A stretch of DNA of 64,000 bases from Schizosaccharomyces osmophilus (lineage: Eukaryota), in the NCBI RefSeq assembly GCF_027921745.1, contig NC_079238.1, positions 5,022,001-5,086,000 of the forward strand. The letters run 5' to 3'. The notes beneath the pieces are model-generated. The model had not been told where the DNA came from, searched no databases, and saw nothing but the letters and a program-made list of their open reading frames with translations. Below, one piece after another: positions 11,692-22,849 of this stretch (the stretch's first letter is position 1; each line of letters starts with the position of its first letter). The position numbers were made by a program, and so were the translations under genes.

Positions 11692-14600
11692 TTATAGCTC
11701 ATCCGTATCCTCCTTATTCTCTTGTGAATCCTGAACAGAAGGCGTAAAGGTAAGATGCAGAGACTTTTCTTCAGCATTTCGCAACAACGCAGAAATTTCG
11801 TTGTCATAAGTAGTCCATTCACTCACCTGGCGACGAGCACGATCAAGTTTCTTTTCTTTCGTCAAAGGATTTTGGCACAAATCAATCGTCTTGGCTTTTT
11901 TCAGACTCTGATCACTGCACCAAGTCTCGCACCAAAGCCATTCTTGAGGAAGTGAATGAATGGGGATCAGATGTTGGAGATTATTGGGTAAATCTTGATC
12001 CAAATTTGACAATGAGTTAGGGTCGGCTGACAATAATTGGTATTGTCTACGAAGCAAATCTCCTGCGCTCATTTTACGAAAACGATCAAGATCAACAACG
12101 TAAAGAGCACTTATATGATATTTGAGGCCACGCAGAAACTTTTCCCAATATCCCTGCTTCCAGAAACGGAAACCTTCCATTTCCTCACGAGAATCACACA
12201 TAGGAGTATAAGCATATGGAGCTCCTTGCAAATCCATGTCCATTAATTCCTGTAAATCCGCACGGACTATCTGGTCAGCATCCACAAAAATAACTTTATG
12301 AAGATCGAGTGGGAACAATACATCCAAGAACAAAATCTTATATCCCCATATTTCTCTTTGTTTCTCGTCCTGATTTCTTAGCCATTCAGGCCAGTTATAA
12401 GTTACGTATTCATATTCAAATCCATATTCACTCGCCAAGACTGGAATTGAATGCTTGAAAGAAGGGGAAAGGAAGTTTTCAATAAACCAAAACTTTACTT
12501 TTTTGTTGGTATGCTGCATGACACTCTTTGTCATGATATACATGAACCGTTCATACAGGTGTCCGCTGGCAACCGAAAAAATGTTGATGGTTGGCTCTCT
12601 GTTTCTATTTGTAAACAAGTTAATTTTCTTTTTCATTTTGTCAAAGAATCTCTGTGGACTCATGTCTTCATCTAATATATCGGAGGATTCAAAACCGGGA
12701 TTTCTTCGCATCACGGGATATAAAGTCACCCCTTCAAAGCTATTAAGAACCACCTGCTTTTCTTCACTAGGATTAAGTTTATCCAATGTTGTAATAGTAT
12801 AAAACTGAGATGAGCGACCAGACAACGGTTTTAGGTTCCAAATACCAGGATTAGCTTTCAACTGAAAGTAACCCAAATTGGCAAGAACAATTGTGTCAGT
12901 AGAATGTTCGTGCTGTAAAGTCTCTAGTGCCAATTGCATTCCTCGAGGTGGTGTCTTCACATTCTCCTCTTGAGAAAAACCCTGTATAAGGATGTTCTTA
13001 AGCTCGTAAACCGCCGAAATAGGTTCATCGTGTACCTTAGGTGATGTGTGCTCCAATTTGATATTATAAAGATCTATGTCCACCTCATCCTGCATTACCA
13101 CCCACGTATCACGAGATTCAATGTCCATAGTAAGTAGAGTCTCTGCGGGAAGTTTATCAAATTCTATACTTGAATCTTTGATATGTCCTTCACTATCGAA
13201 AACAGGTTCATGCTCAATCGAATACCTATAAAATCTAGAAAGAGGGAAATCGGAAAGGCCTTTTGAAGGATTCAAATAAATACGAACGCCGACACCATCC
13301 AAATGAGAAATGGATTCAAGTATAGCAGACCACTTTTGCGATGCCTTAGACAAAGGATCTAAAATAGCAACGAAATGGTAAGTACAAGAATCAAAATTAT
13401 CCGTTCCTATGGTTAAAGAACTCGTTGGCAACTGGCTGTGAAAATTATCCCTAGGAAACATAGCCTTTTCACGTCCTGGAACGGAGCCATGTACGTAGTC
13501 GAATTCCAATTTTTTTAGGTATGAGCTAACAAACGGCAGAATACCTTTCTTTTGAAGTTGACTAGCGTTATCAAGAGCATTATCAAGTTTGCCCATATAA
13601 TTGCTTTTTTCTTGAGAGAGCAGCATTTCAAAATCCTCTACTCCTAACTTGTCAACAGAAACTGAAGTAATCAATCTTCCGTTCAGTATCAAGGCCGAAT
13701 GACTGGGCTGATTAATATTCGCAACAATAGCTTTGGATGCTTCCGAATACTTAGCAAGTTTGGACTTCACTTTATTAGTCGTTTTGGCGTGTTGTTTATT
13801 CGTACTGTTTTTCAGTAATTTGAGCAAATTTTCATTTGTAGGATGAGAATAAGAGCTTAATTGGGTAATTAATGTCGGCAGTTCATCCTCAAAGTCAGAT
13901 TGAATTAAGACTAGGTTACTGCTTTCAAACTTTGAAAGTGCTTCAGCCAGTATTGCGGATATTTCAAGTCCTTCTTGAGAAGCGAAATCTGTAACCAACC
14001 AAATTGAATACTTCGCCTTTCTATCGCCGATGGTCAAAAGATCGGAGTGGGTATACCCTGTGCCATCTAAAAGGCTAAGCATATCCACTTGTTTTATTTT
14101 AGATTTCGAAGAGGGATAAATCAAAGGATTGCGAGTATGCGGCGCACTCTTTAAGAGGTAATCCAATAAGTTTTCTTCCTCAGAGACCATTTCTCGAGCT
14201 ACAGCTAGCTGAATTTCCGGGATATCTTCAATAAATATACCGTACATGTTACTGTCGTAATGCTCGTCGTGGGCAATTATTCGTCCGTTAACAATAACAT
14301 CTTGGCTTTCTGGATCTAATCCTAAGCGCGAACTCCACTGAAAGCTCTTTAATAATATCGTATCATATATATTGGAATTAAGAGATGTTTTTATTTTAGA
14401 AAAGGTTTCTTCATCGTAGTCTTCAAGGGGCATATGCTCTTCAACAAGAGCCCAAGCACCCGCAGATGGATCACTTGCAAGACACTTAAACAAAAACTTA
14501 AGGGCATTTGGTTTTGAACTTGTTTTAGCAACATAATGGAATGCACGACAGACCGTCTTACCAAATTCATCCCCCTCTGGTGCTACACACACAAGTCCAG

Positions 14601-16050
14601 TTTGAACAGGAGAAGGTCGACGAGAAAACTGAATAAGCTCAGAAAGCAGTGAAATTGAAGAACTACTAGAAGGGAAAATAGGGTATATAACAGTATGCAA
14701 CTGTCTCCTTAAGAGATGTAGTTGACCGGGGTAAATTGGTGTCAACAATTGCATAATGCTTTTGGGCCACTTACTATATCGTGTATCAGTTTCGACTTCG
14801 TTCATCCAAAAGATTGCTTTATTGTCTTCCAAATCATCTTGACAGTGAAAGCGAACAAACTTAAATTCAGCTTCCGAAACGTCAAATTGCTCACTGGATA
14901 GGACTTTCGAGGCTTTCGAAGGTTCAATTCCCAACTTTTGAAATCCTGATAATATGTGACGCTCTTTCCGCAACCAGGAAAGAATGGTAAAGGCATCGGT
15001 TTCTTGAAGGTCAATAGGAATTCCATTCAGCCAAATAGCATTTTGTCCTTCAGGTATCGCAAGTGATTGAAGATTATTGACATCTTCTATAAGATCCTCA
15101 GAAATACTGACTTTTGACGCTAGGTGCTGAGCATACATTGGAAAATCCTGAGCAAGAAGCTTGAATGTTCTCAAAGGGTTTTTGCTCCTAATAATGGCTT
15201 CTGATGCCAGCATATCCAAACCAGCAATCTGGTCTTGAGTGACGATTTCCAGTTCATCGGACTCCAAGTCAAAGAGAACTTCTGATTTTTTCTTGGATTC
15301 CCCAATTCTATTGATATTGTCTTTACTAGAAGACATTGGGATTTCCCGATCATCCATTACCAGATAGTCCGTGCTCTTTAAAGAGGCATGAGCACCGAAA
15401 CTGCTGACATAAAGTTTTTTAAAGTCAGCATCCTGAGGAGGTGCGTAACGTAAAATGTAGTTACATTCTTTTCTTTTTGCTAAAGATAAGTAGAGCCTAT
15501 GAAACTTGTCAAATTCTACTCCAAAATCGGTAACTATGACAGCGACTGGAAGTGCTTCTGAGGAATAATCACCTAGAACAATATAGTCAAGGGGTGTTGG
15601 TTGATAATCCTCGGAAAAAAGAGAAAAGTTTTTAGGTAGATCAGAAAAACAAAGATTCGTTTGATCGTTTAAAACTAGGAAAGTGTTACAGTTCTCAGGA
15701 TGAGAAGAAACAACACTGCTAAAAGCGGCCAGCTTTGGTGCGCCACTTGAAAGCGCAACAGAATAAGAGAATGTAGTAAGCTCTTCTTGGGATAGGATGT
15801 TATCGGTCTTTAGAGAGTCAACGGTGTGATTGTACAACTGCTCATCGGTAGACAAGTCATCGGTTCGAATTGAGGGTAGATTGTTTAAAAACCATAGAAA
15901 GCTATCTCTATTTTCTTCATGTAAAGATTCAGCTAACAGAGCTACAAACGAAGGCTTGCTGAATGCTGTAGAGACCTTAACGTCAATGGGCTTGGCAGCA
16001 AAACAAAGAGAAAGAAAAGGAACAAATGCCAGCCATTTATTCCATTTCAT
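11692..16050 (-). CDS. gpt1: UDP-glucose:glycoprotein glucosyltransferase (ER quality control)
   Basis: Signal peptide; GT24 C-terminal domain (INIFSVASGHLYER, WGYKILFLDVLFP, FVDADQ, DQDLPN, WLWCETWC); C-terminal TDEL retrieval-like signal. Confidence 0.97.
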   Translation of the reverse strand: MKWNKWLAFVPFLSLCFAAKPIDVKVSTAFSKPSFVALLAESLHEENRDSFLWFLNNLPSIRTDDLSTDEQLYNHTVDSLKTDNILSQEELTTFSYSVALSSGAPKLAAFSSVVSSHPENCNTFLVLNDQTNLCFSDLPKNFSLFSEDYQPTPLDYIVLGDYSSEALPVAVIVTDFGVEFDKFHRLYLSLAKRKECNYILRYAPPQDADFKKLYVSSFGAHASLKSTDYLVMDDREIPMSSSKDNINRIGESKKKSEVLFDLESDELEIVTQDQIAGLDMLASEAIIRSKNPLRTFKLLAQDFPMYAQHLASKVSISEDLIEDVNNLQSLAIPEGQNAIWLNGIPIDLQETDAFTILSWLRKERHILSGFQKLGIEPSKASKVLSSEQFDVSEAEFKFVRFHCQDDLEDNKAIFWMNEVETDTRYSKWPKSIMQLLTPIYPGQLHLLRRQLHTVIYPIFPSSSSSISLLSELIQFSRRPSPVQTGLVCVAPEGDEFGKTVCRAFHYVAKTSSKPNALKFLFKCLASDPSAGAWALVEEHMPLEDYDEETFSKIKTSLNSNIYDTILLKSFQWSSRLGLDPESQDVIVNGRIIAHDEHYDSNMYGIFIEDIPEIQLAVAREMVSEEENLLDYLLKSAPHTRNPLIYPSSKSKIKQVDMLSLLDGTGYTHSDLLTIGDRKAKYSIWLVTDFASQEGLEISAILAEALSKFESSNLVLIQSDFEDELPTLITQLSSYSHPTNENLLKLLKNSTNKQHAKTTNKVKSKLAKYSEASKAIVANINQPSHSALILNGRLITSVSVDKLGVEDFEMLLSQEKSNYMGKLDNALDNASQLQKKGILPFVSSYLKKLEFDYVHGSVPGREKAMFPRDNFHSQLPTSSLTIGTDNFDSCTYHFVAILDPLSKASQKWSAILESISHLDGVGVRIYLNPSKGLSDFPLSRFYRYSIEHEPVFDSEGHIKDSSIEFDKLPAETLLTMDIESRDTWVVMQDEVDIDLYNIKLEHTSPKVHDEPISAVYELKNILIQGFSQEENVKTPPRGMQLALETLQHEHSTDTIVLANLGYFQLKANPGIWNLKPLSGRSSQFYTITTLDKLNPSEEKQVVLNSFEGVTLYPVMRRNPGFESSDILDEDMSPQRFFDKMKKKINLFTNRNREPTINIFSVASGHLYERFMYIMTKSVMQHTNKKVKFWFIENFLSPSFKHSIPVLASEYGFEYEYVTYNWPEWLRNQDEKQREIWGYKILFLDVLFPLDLHKVIFVDADQIVRADLQELMDMDLQGAPYAYTPMCDSREEMEGFRFWKQGYWEKFLRGLKYHISALYVVDLDRFRKMSAGDLLRRQYQLLSADPNSLSNLDQDLPNNLQHLIPIHSLPQEWLWCETWCSDQSLKKAKTIDLCQNPLTKEKKLDRARRQVSEWTTYDNEISALLRNAEEKSLHLTFTPSVQDSQENKEDTDEL

Positions 16051-16417
16051 TTTGCCAAAAGATCTTAAGAGTATTCAAAAAAACACTCTTGAGGTAATGG
16101 CTGAGTATGGGTGTAATTTCGATGAATGTAGTACTGAATGGGTACTTTATAAAATGTGAGACTTGTTTGAGATCATCATGAGTGAATGGACTATGTAAAC
16201 AAAAACATAGAGAAAGTAAATATCAAATTTGTTTCATTATTCTAATTCTAATAAAAGTTCCTCCTATGTGTTTCTATACTAACCAAAGCTAACTTGCAAA
16301 CGAACTTCACAATTGTCGTCCATTGGAAAGAAAATAGAGCAAACTGAAGGAGATATTCATTTAAAAACAAAAACAAACTAATATTTGGCAAATTTCCATC
16401 GAGCAAGACAACTAAAC

Positions 16418-16480
16418 TTATGAGCCTTGCACTCATGCACTATGTATAACATGACAAAGTGAATGAGTGCAAGATCATAA
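16418..16480. repeat. Imperfect inverted repeat (hairpin-capable), with a third arm copy at 16615-16626
   Basis: TTATGA-gc-CTTGCACTCAT-g-CACT-a-TGT ... ACA-a-AGTG-a-ATGAGTGCAAG-a-TCATAA. Confidence 0.8.
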
Positions 16481-16773
16481 CAACCCAAATACTTTTCAAT
16501 GATTATAACATGGAAGTAGTAATTATATTTATATTAAAGTTTGAGAATGTCTAATTCATAGAAGGGCTGCTGGCCATTTAATCGAAGTCTTGTAGGCAAA
16601 CTTCAATATTTAAAGCATGAGTGCAACCAGCCAATGCAAAATGGAAATAATGAGTATATAAAGGTAACAACCAAGCGTATATGTAATCAAAGTTTCACTT
16701 CGAAGAATCATTAAGAAATTTATTTCGTTGAATCCTGTCAAAACGCCAGAAAAAACAAAACAAGATCTAAAAA

Positions 16774-17503
16774 TTATCTGGCATTGTGAGGAGGAAGTGC
16801 GTAAGGATGTACTGTTTTTAAGACAATATAAGATAGTAACGAAAGGACACAGGCAGTTCCGTACAAAATGCCCTTTTGTACTGGCTCTAAAATAGCTAGG
16901 ATAGGATACGCATAAAACTTGTTAACCTCATAACATTTCTCAACCCACCACATGTAGCTGAAAGCCACGGCAAGGTACAACAAAGTAGACACCTTGAAGG
17001 ACAAGGAGAAGGGAGGAGAGAAAAATAAATAATCAAGCAAACAAAATACAGTAGGCATCAAATGGACACTCAAGTCAAAGTCCAAGGGCAACTGGATAGG
17101 CCTGGTTTTAGGAATGAGCAGACTACGGTCGTACATAACAATAGACCAGTATAGGACTGTAACAATTGACTCAAGAGGACATACTATATACAAAAGAACG
17201 GGCTTAATGTTGTGGAAAACCTTCCAGTCTGTAATGTCGGCCAGCAGGCTTACCAACATAGTAAGCAATGTTATAGCCAAGGATAAAATAGTTCTATAGG
17301 TAAGTTAGATACTCAGCATTTCAATTGAGCGGAAGCAAACGAATTCTTGTAACTTACAAATGCTGAAAGTGAGATCCGTATGAATTTCGGATAGCCAAAT
17401 CACCATTTTTTTCGACCCAATTGAATGACCACAAAAGGCTAGCAGTAGCTACACTATGCAGTAGGAATGACTTAATACGCGTACTAGAAGATCTTTGTTG
17501 CAT
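16774..17503 (-). CDS. FAR-17a/AIG1-like multi-pass membrane protein. Exons 17503-17358 and 17293-16774.
   Basis: Spliced YGSHFQHL|TILSL, VTVLYW, DLSVHLMP and FYAYPIL; hydrophobic helices; conserved Thr/His pattern of the AIG1/ADTRP family. Confidence 0.82.
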
Positions 17504-17992
17504 TGTACCTAATTTTTGGTATCAGTTCTCTCCAAAGGAAAAAGGTCAGAAAACTCAACGGGGGAGGATGGATATAAACGGTTGAGGGCCACCTTTGAAA
17601 GCCACTTTCAGTAGCGCAATTATTTAAACCTGGGGTATACATCGTTTCTTACTGTACGTTAATTGAAAAAGAAAAAAAAAACTGATAAAAAAAACTGATA
17701 TTTATTTCAATACTTACTAAAGCTACATGTACCATGAATGTTTATGAGCATTTCTGCATTGAAAATCAGAGTAAGCAATAAGAATATTAATTTATTTTTC
17801 GTAAATAAGAGATGAAAATGAATGTAGAGATTCATCCTGCGCATTCCGTCAATCGTTACTATGTATAGGCAAAAAAAGCATTTAGATACATGTGTGTATA
17901 TTTACGTCGTAAACCACGGCCAAATTAACAAACAGGAGACATTCAAAGGAATTGAGTGGACTTGTTCATATATTTTCAACGTAAGTGCTAAC

Positions 17993-20900
17993 TTATACCA
18001 AAAAGCGTCGTCCAGTACCACGTTGGCCAATAGCTCCAAGATCACACACCAAGCAAACTCCATTTGCAGATGTCTTATGATATTTAGCAGCACAAACAGG
18101 ACAAGATTCATAATCCTGTCCTGAGTAGATGGGAGTCAATGTTTTGGCGCAAATGCTGAATTCCACGTGTGGATCGTAGTCAATTTCAAATGCATCATGG
18201 GGATTTCTATCTCCTAAAGTAATAGCACGGCTCGCCTAGTAAAATTAGTATACAGTGAAATCTAGGTAAATACACTTACAGCTTCAGCCGCAGGTCCAGA
18301 TTCTGCCAAGTCAAGTAATCTTTGACCTAAGAAAGAGGCCGATTTGAAGTTCTTCTGCTTATGAGAAGCATTGATTGCTAAACGATGAGCGATAATCGAA
18401 TGAACAGGTTGCAACTTGGTAGATGCAAAGTAGTACGACAATTCAAGTGCGCGTGTCACATCACCCTCAGGCAACTTGCGTCGTTCCAACTCGCATGACA
18501 AACCAACAATATATTCTCGAGATTCATCCAATAAGTCGGATATCTTTGTAAGTTAGTAATCAATTCACCGTCGTTAAATTTCATTCATACCTCTTCAGCT
18601 TCTTTTTGAGTATTAGCCACGGAAGTAATTAACAAATAAATGATGTTTAAGCAAGCGTCTTTAGCCTCTGAGATCTTGTTTGCTTTTACCAATCGATAAG
18701 CTTCGTTAAGTTCATTATTCTTGATAGATTCCAAATTACGAGGTATAAAAGGAAGGGCTTGGTTACGTTCGGCAGACTCTCCATTACGTCGAACATAAAC
18801 TGTTAGAGGATCAAGACCATCAACAGCAGGCACATAAGCTCTTGAAGCCGCATAAATTTCTAAAAAGCGGCTTTTAAGAGGAGCAAAGTTTACAGCTCCA
18901 ACTTGTCTACCCAAAAGTTTCATGGCACTTTCAAAATCGCCTGCAGCGATATGGTCAGCAGCTAAAGGTGAATTCTTCAACCACAAATGAATTTCGTTAG
19001 CACCGTCAATAACACCAACTTCATTCTCTGCATTTGGAACGACTTCTTCAGTAGCCAAATCTTCAACTTCCCAGCCATCATCTTCCTCAGGACTCTCAGC
19101 AGTTAATTCGCTGCCGTCTTCTTCAACATCTAAAAGATCTTGTTCGGCTTCTTGGTATTCATTGACAGAAGCTATTTCCTCTTCAGGGCTTTCCAAAGCC
19201 ATTTGCTCTATCCGGTCTCTCAATAGTTTTTCAAATGAGGAATCGGAAGTATCCTTCAGAGGCCAATTTTCAGTATAAGTAGGACGAACAGGAGAAGGCA
19301 AAGTAAAAGAAGGACCAATGCTGGGTAACTTAATTTGATCTTCATTAATACCGCTAACGGCCAACACTTCATGAGCTTTTTCTTCTAGACCATTAGACTT
19401 TGCGGTTAAATATGCAAGTGGACACATATTGGCATCAACAAACATGTTAATCCGAGCTTCTATATCGTTCATGTATAAAGAGTTTTGAAAGAGACTTAAG
19501 GCATCATTACGCTTCTGAGCAATCATAGCCATTTTGCTAAGTTTCTCAGTGTTTCCCGTAATCAAATATAAAAAGGAAAGTTTTTCAAAATAGCGAAGCT
19601 TTTGATATGTAATTTCAGCAATTTTGTGGTTTCCAGAATGAAGAGACTCTGAAGATAAGTGAGACCAAACCTCAGGTCTATCAATTGTACGAGCAATGTC
19701 CAAAGCAGTTTCTAAATTGTTACATTGCAAAGCTAATTCGAAACGGGTCGATAAATCTTCCACAAATTGCAAAGCAATCTCGGGATAGCCTTTCTTCTGC
19801 AAATAAGCAATAATGGCTTGACCAACTAAATCACTGTTCTGAATTAAATGTAAAACCTGCTCATAGTCTTTCTTGATCAAAGCCACCTTGAAAAGATAAT
19901 CCGTAGGATCAATCTTAATCGTTATAGGTTCTGCAGCGCGATTTAAGGCAAACACCAAATCTCCTTTAGCACGAACAAGGTAAATAGTAGATTCCAGTGT
20001 CTTTACAATACCAGAATCGCCCGACATCAAAAGGTATTTCAAGTGGTCAAGAGTTGAATACAGCAAAACATTATTTTCAATCCAGACTGCACTCTTGATT
20101 CGAATAGTTTCGTGGATTGAGGTGATTAGCTCCATGGATTTTTTAACGATGTAAACAAAGTGCTTACCAATTAATGCTGCATGAGAAGAATCATTAGACC
20201 AAACAACGTACTTCACTTTGCTGGCATTCACAGAAGCAATAACCTTCTTTTGTTGCAAATCAAACATGTGGACTTGGGTTAAAGTAGAGATGAGGATATG
20301 TCCCATTCCAGCATAAAAAACATCGTTTACCTTGTCTGGCAATTCAATTGTCTTCGTCACTTTATTGGTTAGGTCTTTAATGTCAATGACTTGCTTGCTA
20401 CGATTGAAGACAGCAAATCGATTACGTGCAACAAAAAGAGCCGTATCACCGGAACCTTTAATGCCGTCCTTGGAACTAGAGGAACGAGAAGACAAGTTGA
20501 CAAGCTCATAAATTCCATTATCTACAGAGGAAGTTACGAGAGCAACCTTCTCGGCAGGATTGTAAGATAAGGAACGAGGATGCGTCCATGGACTTCCTTG
20601 ATGCTTCACCGAAGCTAAAGCATTGCTTTGACCTCTAATTAAATCATGAGAAACGATCGACTTGTCTTTGTTGACATAAAGGAGAGTGTTGATGTTAAGA
20701 GCATGAGCAGGGCGTTCACGTTCTAATTTGAAAACCATGACACCACTGTCGTGAGCAGCGGCAAATAAATTAAGTTTTGGATGAACGGTAACAAACCAAA
20801 AACGGTCATTATCACGACGGAATGTTTGAACTGCGGTTCTTCTATTGAGATCCCAAACACGAATTGTCTTGTCTTCACTAGCGGATAAAATTAACTCTTG

Positions 20901-21701
20901 GTGGGGATGAAAGAGACAACATGAAACATTGTTAAAATGTCCACGGCAAGTGTCAACTTCCCAAGCCTTAGAAGCAGTCATTCTCCAAAGTTTAATCAAT
21001 CGATCATCACCGGAAGAAAGAATGAGTGGAAGCGTAGGATGAAAAGCACACCAGTTCGCTCCACGGTCATGACCTTCTAGAACAAACTTTACAACAGCGT
21101 CGGTACTACCAAACAAATCGTTCGTTATGGCATTTTGGGCTTGAGCAAGTTGCTCTTCGATTGTCATACTGACGGGGGCGGCGTTCTTCATGCGAAGTCC
21201 ACTGATGTCCCAAACACGCACAGTTTGATCCAAACTTGCACTCACAATTAAATCTTCAGTTGGATGAAAAGCAGCACACATAACATAATGGGAATGGCCA
21301 GTCAAAATCGCTATACAGTTTCTTGATTGCCAGTTCCAAATACGGATCGTTTGATCATCCGAACAAGAAAGAATCCAAGGGTATTCATGGTGAAAAGCAC
21401 AAACACGGACATAATCCATGTGTCCACAAAGAGAAAATAATAACTTCTTCGCTTTAAAATTCCATACATTAACTTTGTAATCATCACCACCAGAAACGAA
21501 TAATGGTTGAGTAGGATGGAATGCAATTCCACGTACAGGACCATCATGTCCATCAAATCGATCTATGAGAGTTCCCATTCGATAATCCCACAATTGGATT
21601 CTACCATTGTGTAACGAAGTAAGGACCCAAGGCAGAGTCGGATGAAACGCGACCCCTTTGGCCCTAGAAGATTTAGATTCAAACTTAATTAGCATCTCCA
21701 T
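17993..21701 (-). CDS. cop1: Coatomer alpha subunit (COPI). Exons 21701-18591, 18543-18280, 18235-17993.
   Basis: MEMLIKFESKSSRAKGVAFHP, WD40 repeats, LAADHIAAGDFESAM and a C-terminal CxxC-containing tail; two canonical introns. Confidence 0.96.
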
Positions 21702-22448
21702 TTTATATTTATTTCTTTGGAGAGTTTGAAAGAAGATGCTAAACTCCCAGTTGTTTGTTGTTGTCAAGTTACCAACAGCCTTCAGTATGTGGTTGTGGTT
21801 TTACCGCGGGTATAGCGCGGTGAATCCCCGGCTGCTGTTTCTTTATAGCTTGATGAAGAGTTGTAAAGTTGTATAAAGTAAACTTTCAAGCAATAGTTAA
21901 TGAAGTGGTATATTTATTTTGTAATGCGTATTAGTATTGGATGGATCATTCAATTTACATATCTAACTCAATGTTTCGTAAACAAACGAAATGCTGTCTA
22001 TAATAATTCAGAACATTAGCTTAGGCATTCAAGTTTACAAAGGTTAATGATATATTTTAGCTGTGACGAGAACAGACAGACTCATGATCTTTATCCAAAA
22101 CGTAGTATTGTATTGACCATCTAAGATTACTGCCGTTCGACGCCCTTGTAGTTGATTTTTATTATACGTTTCATTTTACTAATTTAACCAAAGCGAAGAG
22201 TCTTTGCACACAGCAGCTTTCTTTCTGAATGTATAGCCTCAGTAAAACAGATCAATATTTATGTATGAACTGGAGTAAATGGATATTATTTGCAAAAAAA
22301 TTAAGAAAATTAAAAGAGATGTGTTGGAATTAGGTTGCGAATTCTCCCTGCAAAGAAATTGCTGGTGAACCAAAAAGTGGTTTCAATATCATCATAGCAT
22401 AAAACCGAGAGAAAGGCAAGCAGTTAAGAACCTTTAGCATATAGAAGA

Positions 22449-22644
22449 CTAAGCAATAACACTAAGAAATATAAGGTTAGTTTACCGTTCTTAAACATAA
22501 TTAAGCAAAGGTGTAACCATACCACATTCCAGGAGGTTTGGGTTGATACCACTGAGCTTTACTGGTAGTGACAGTAGGCTTAGAGGGAGCATTGTTCATC
22601 AAAGAAAAACTAGACGTGTTGGTGTTGTTGTTCATAGCGTCCAT
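22449..22644 (-). CDS. mfm3: M-factor mating pheromone precursor, 44 aa (MDAMNNNTNTSSFSLMNNAPSKPTVTTSKAQWYQPKPPGMCVIA). Exons 22644-22523 and 22461-22449.
   Basis: A 61-nt intron GTATGG..CTAAC..TTAG splits the TG|T Cys codon; splicing yields the CAAX box CVIA. The core resembles S. pombe YTPKVPYMC-VIA. The paralog number comes from synteny only. Confidence 0.92.
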
Positions 22645-22747
22645 ATTGAAGATGAATGAAAAAGTTCGTTTTGGGTCAAATAGTGAAAGCAGGTGTTGCG
22701 GAAAACAAATCAAACTTTGGATGGAGAATCACGTTTCAAAAGGCACT

Positions 22748-22849
22748 TATATATATTCCTTGTGAAAGTAACACCCTTAGTTGGTCCCGACTCTCTTTGT
22801 TTTCATTTCAATTCTGCTCCCATTCTTCTCAGACAAAGCGTTCCATTGT
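22748..22849 (-). promoter_or_regulatory. M-factor promoter: TATA-like element, short TR-box (Ste11) and M-box (Mat1-Mc)
   Basis: TATATATA 22748-22755; TCTTTGTT 22794-22801; CATTGT (=ACAATG) 22844-22849, all 100-200 bp upstream of the ATG. Confidence 0.65.

Noticed and set aside
22501..22713. 70-aa ORF from the track
   Set aside because: It is the unspliced frame of the pheromone gene with a non-ATG upstream extension; replaced by the spliced 44-aa model
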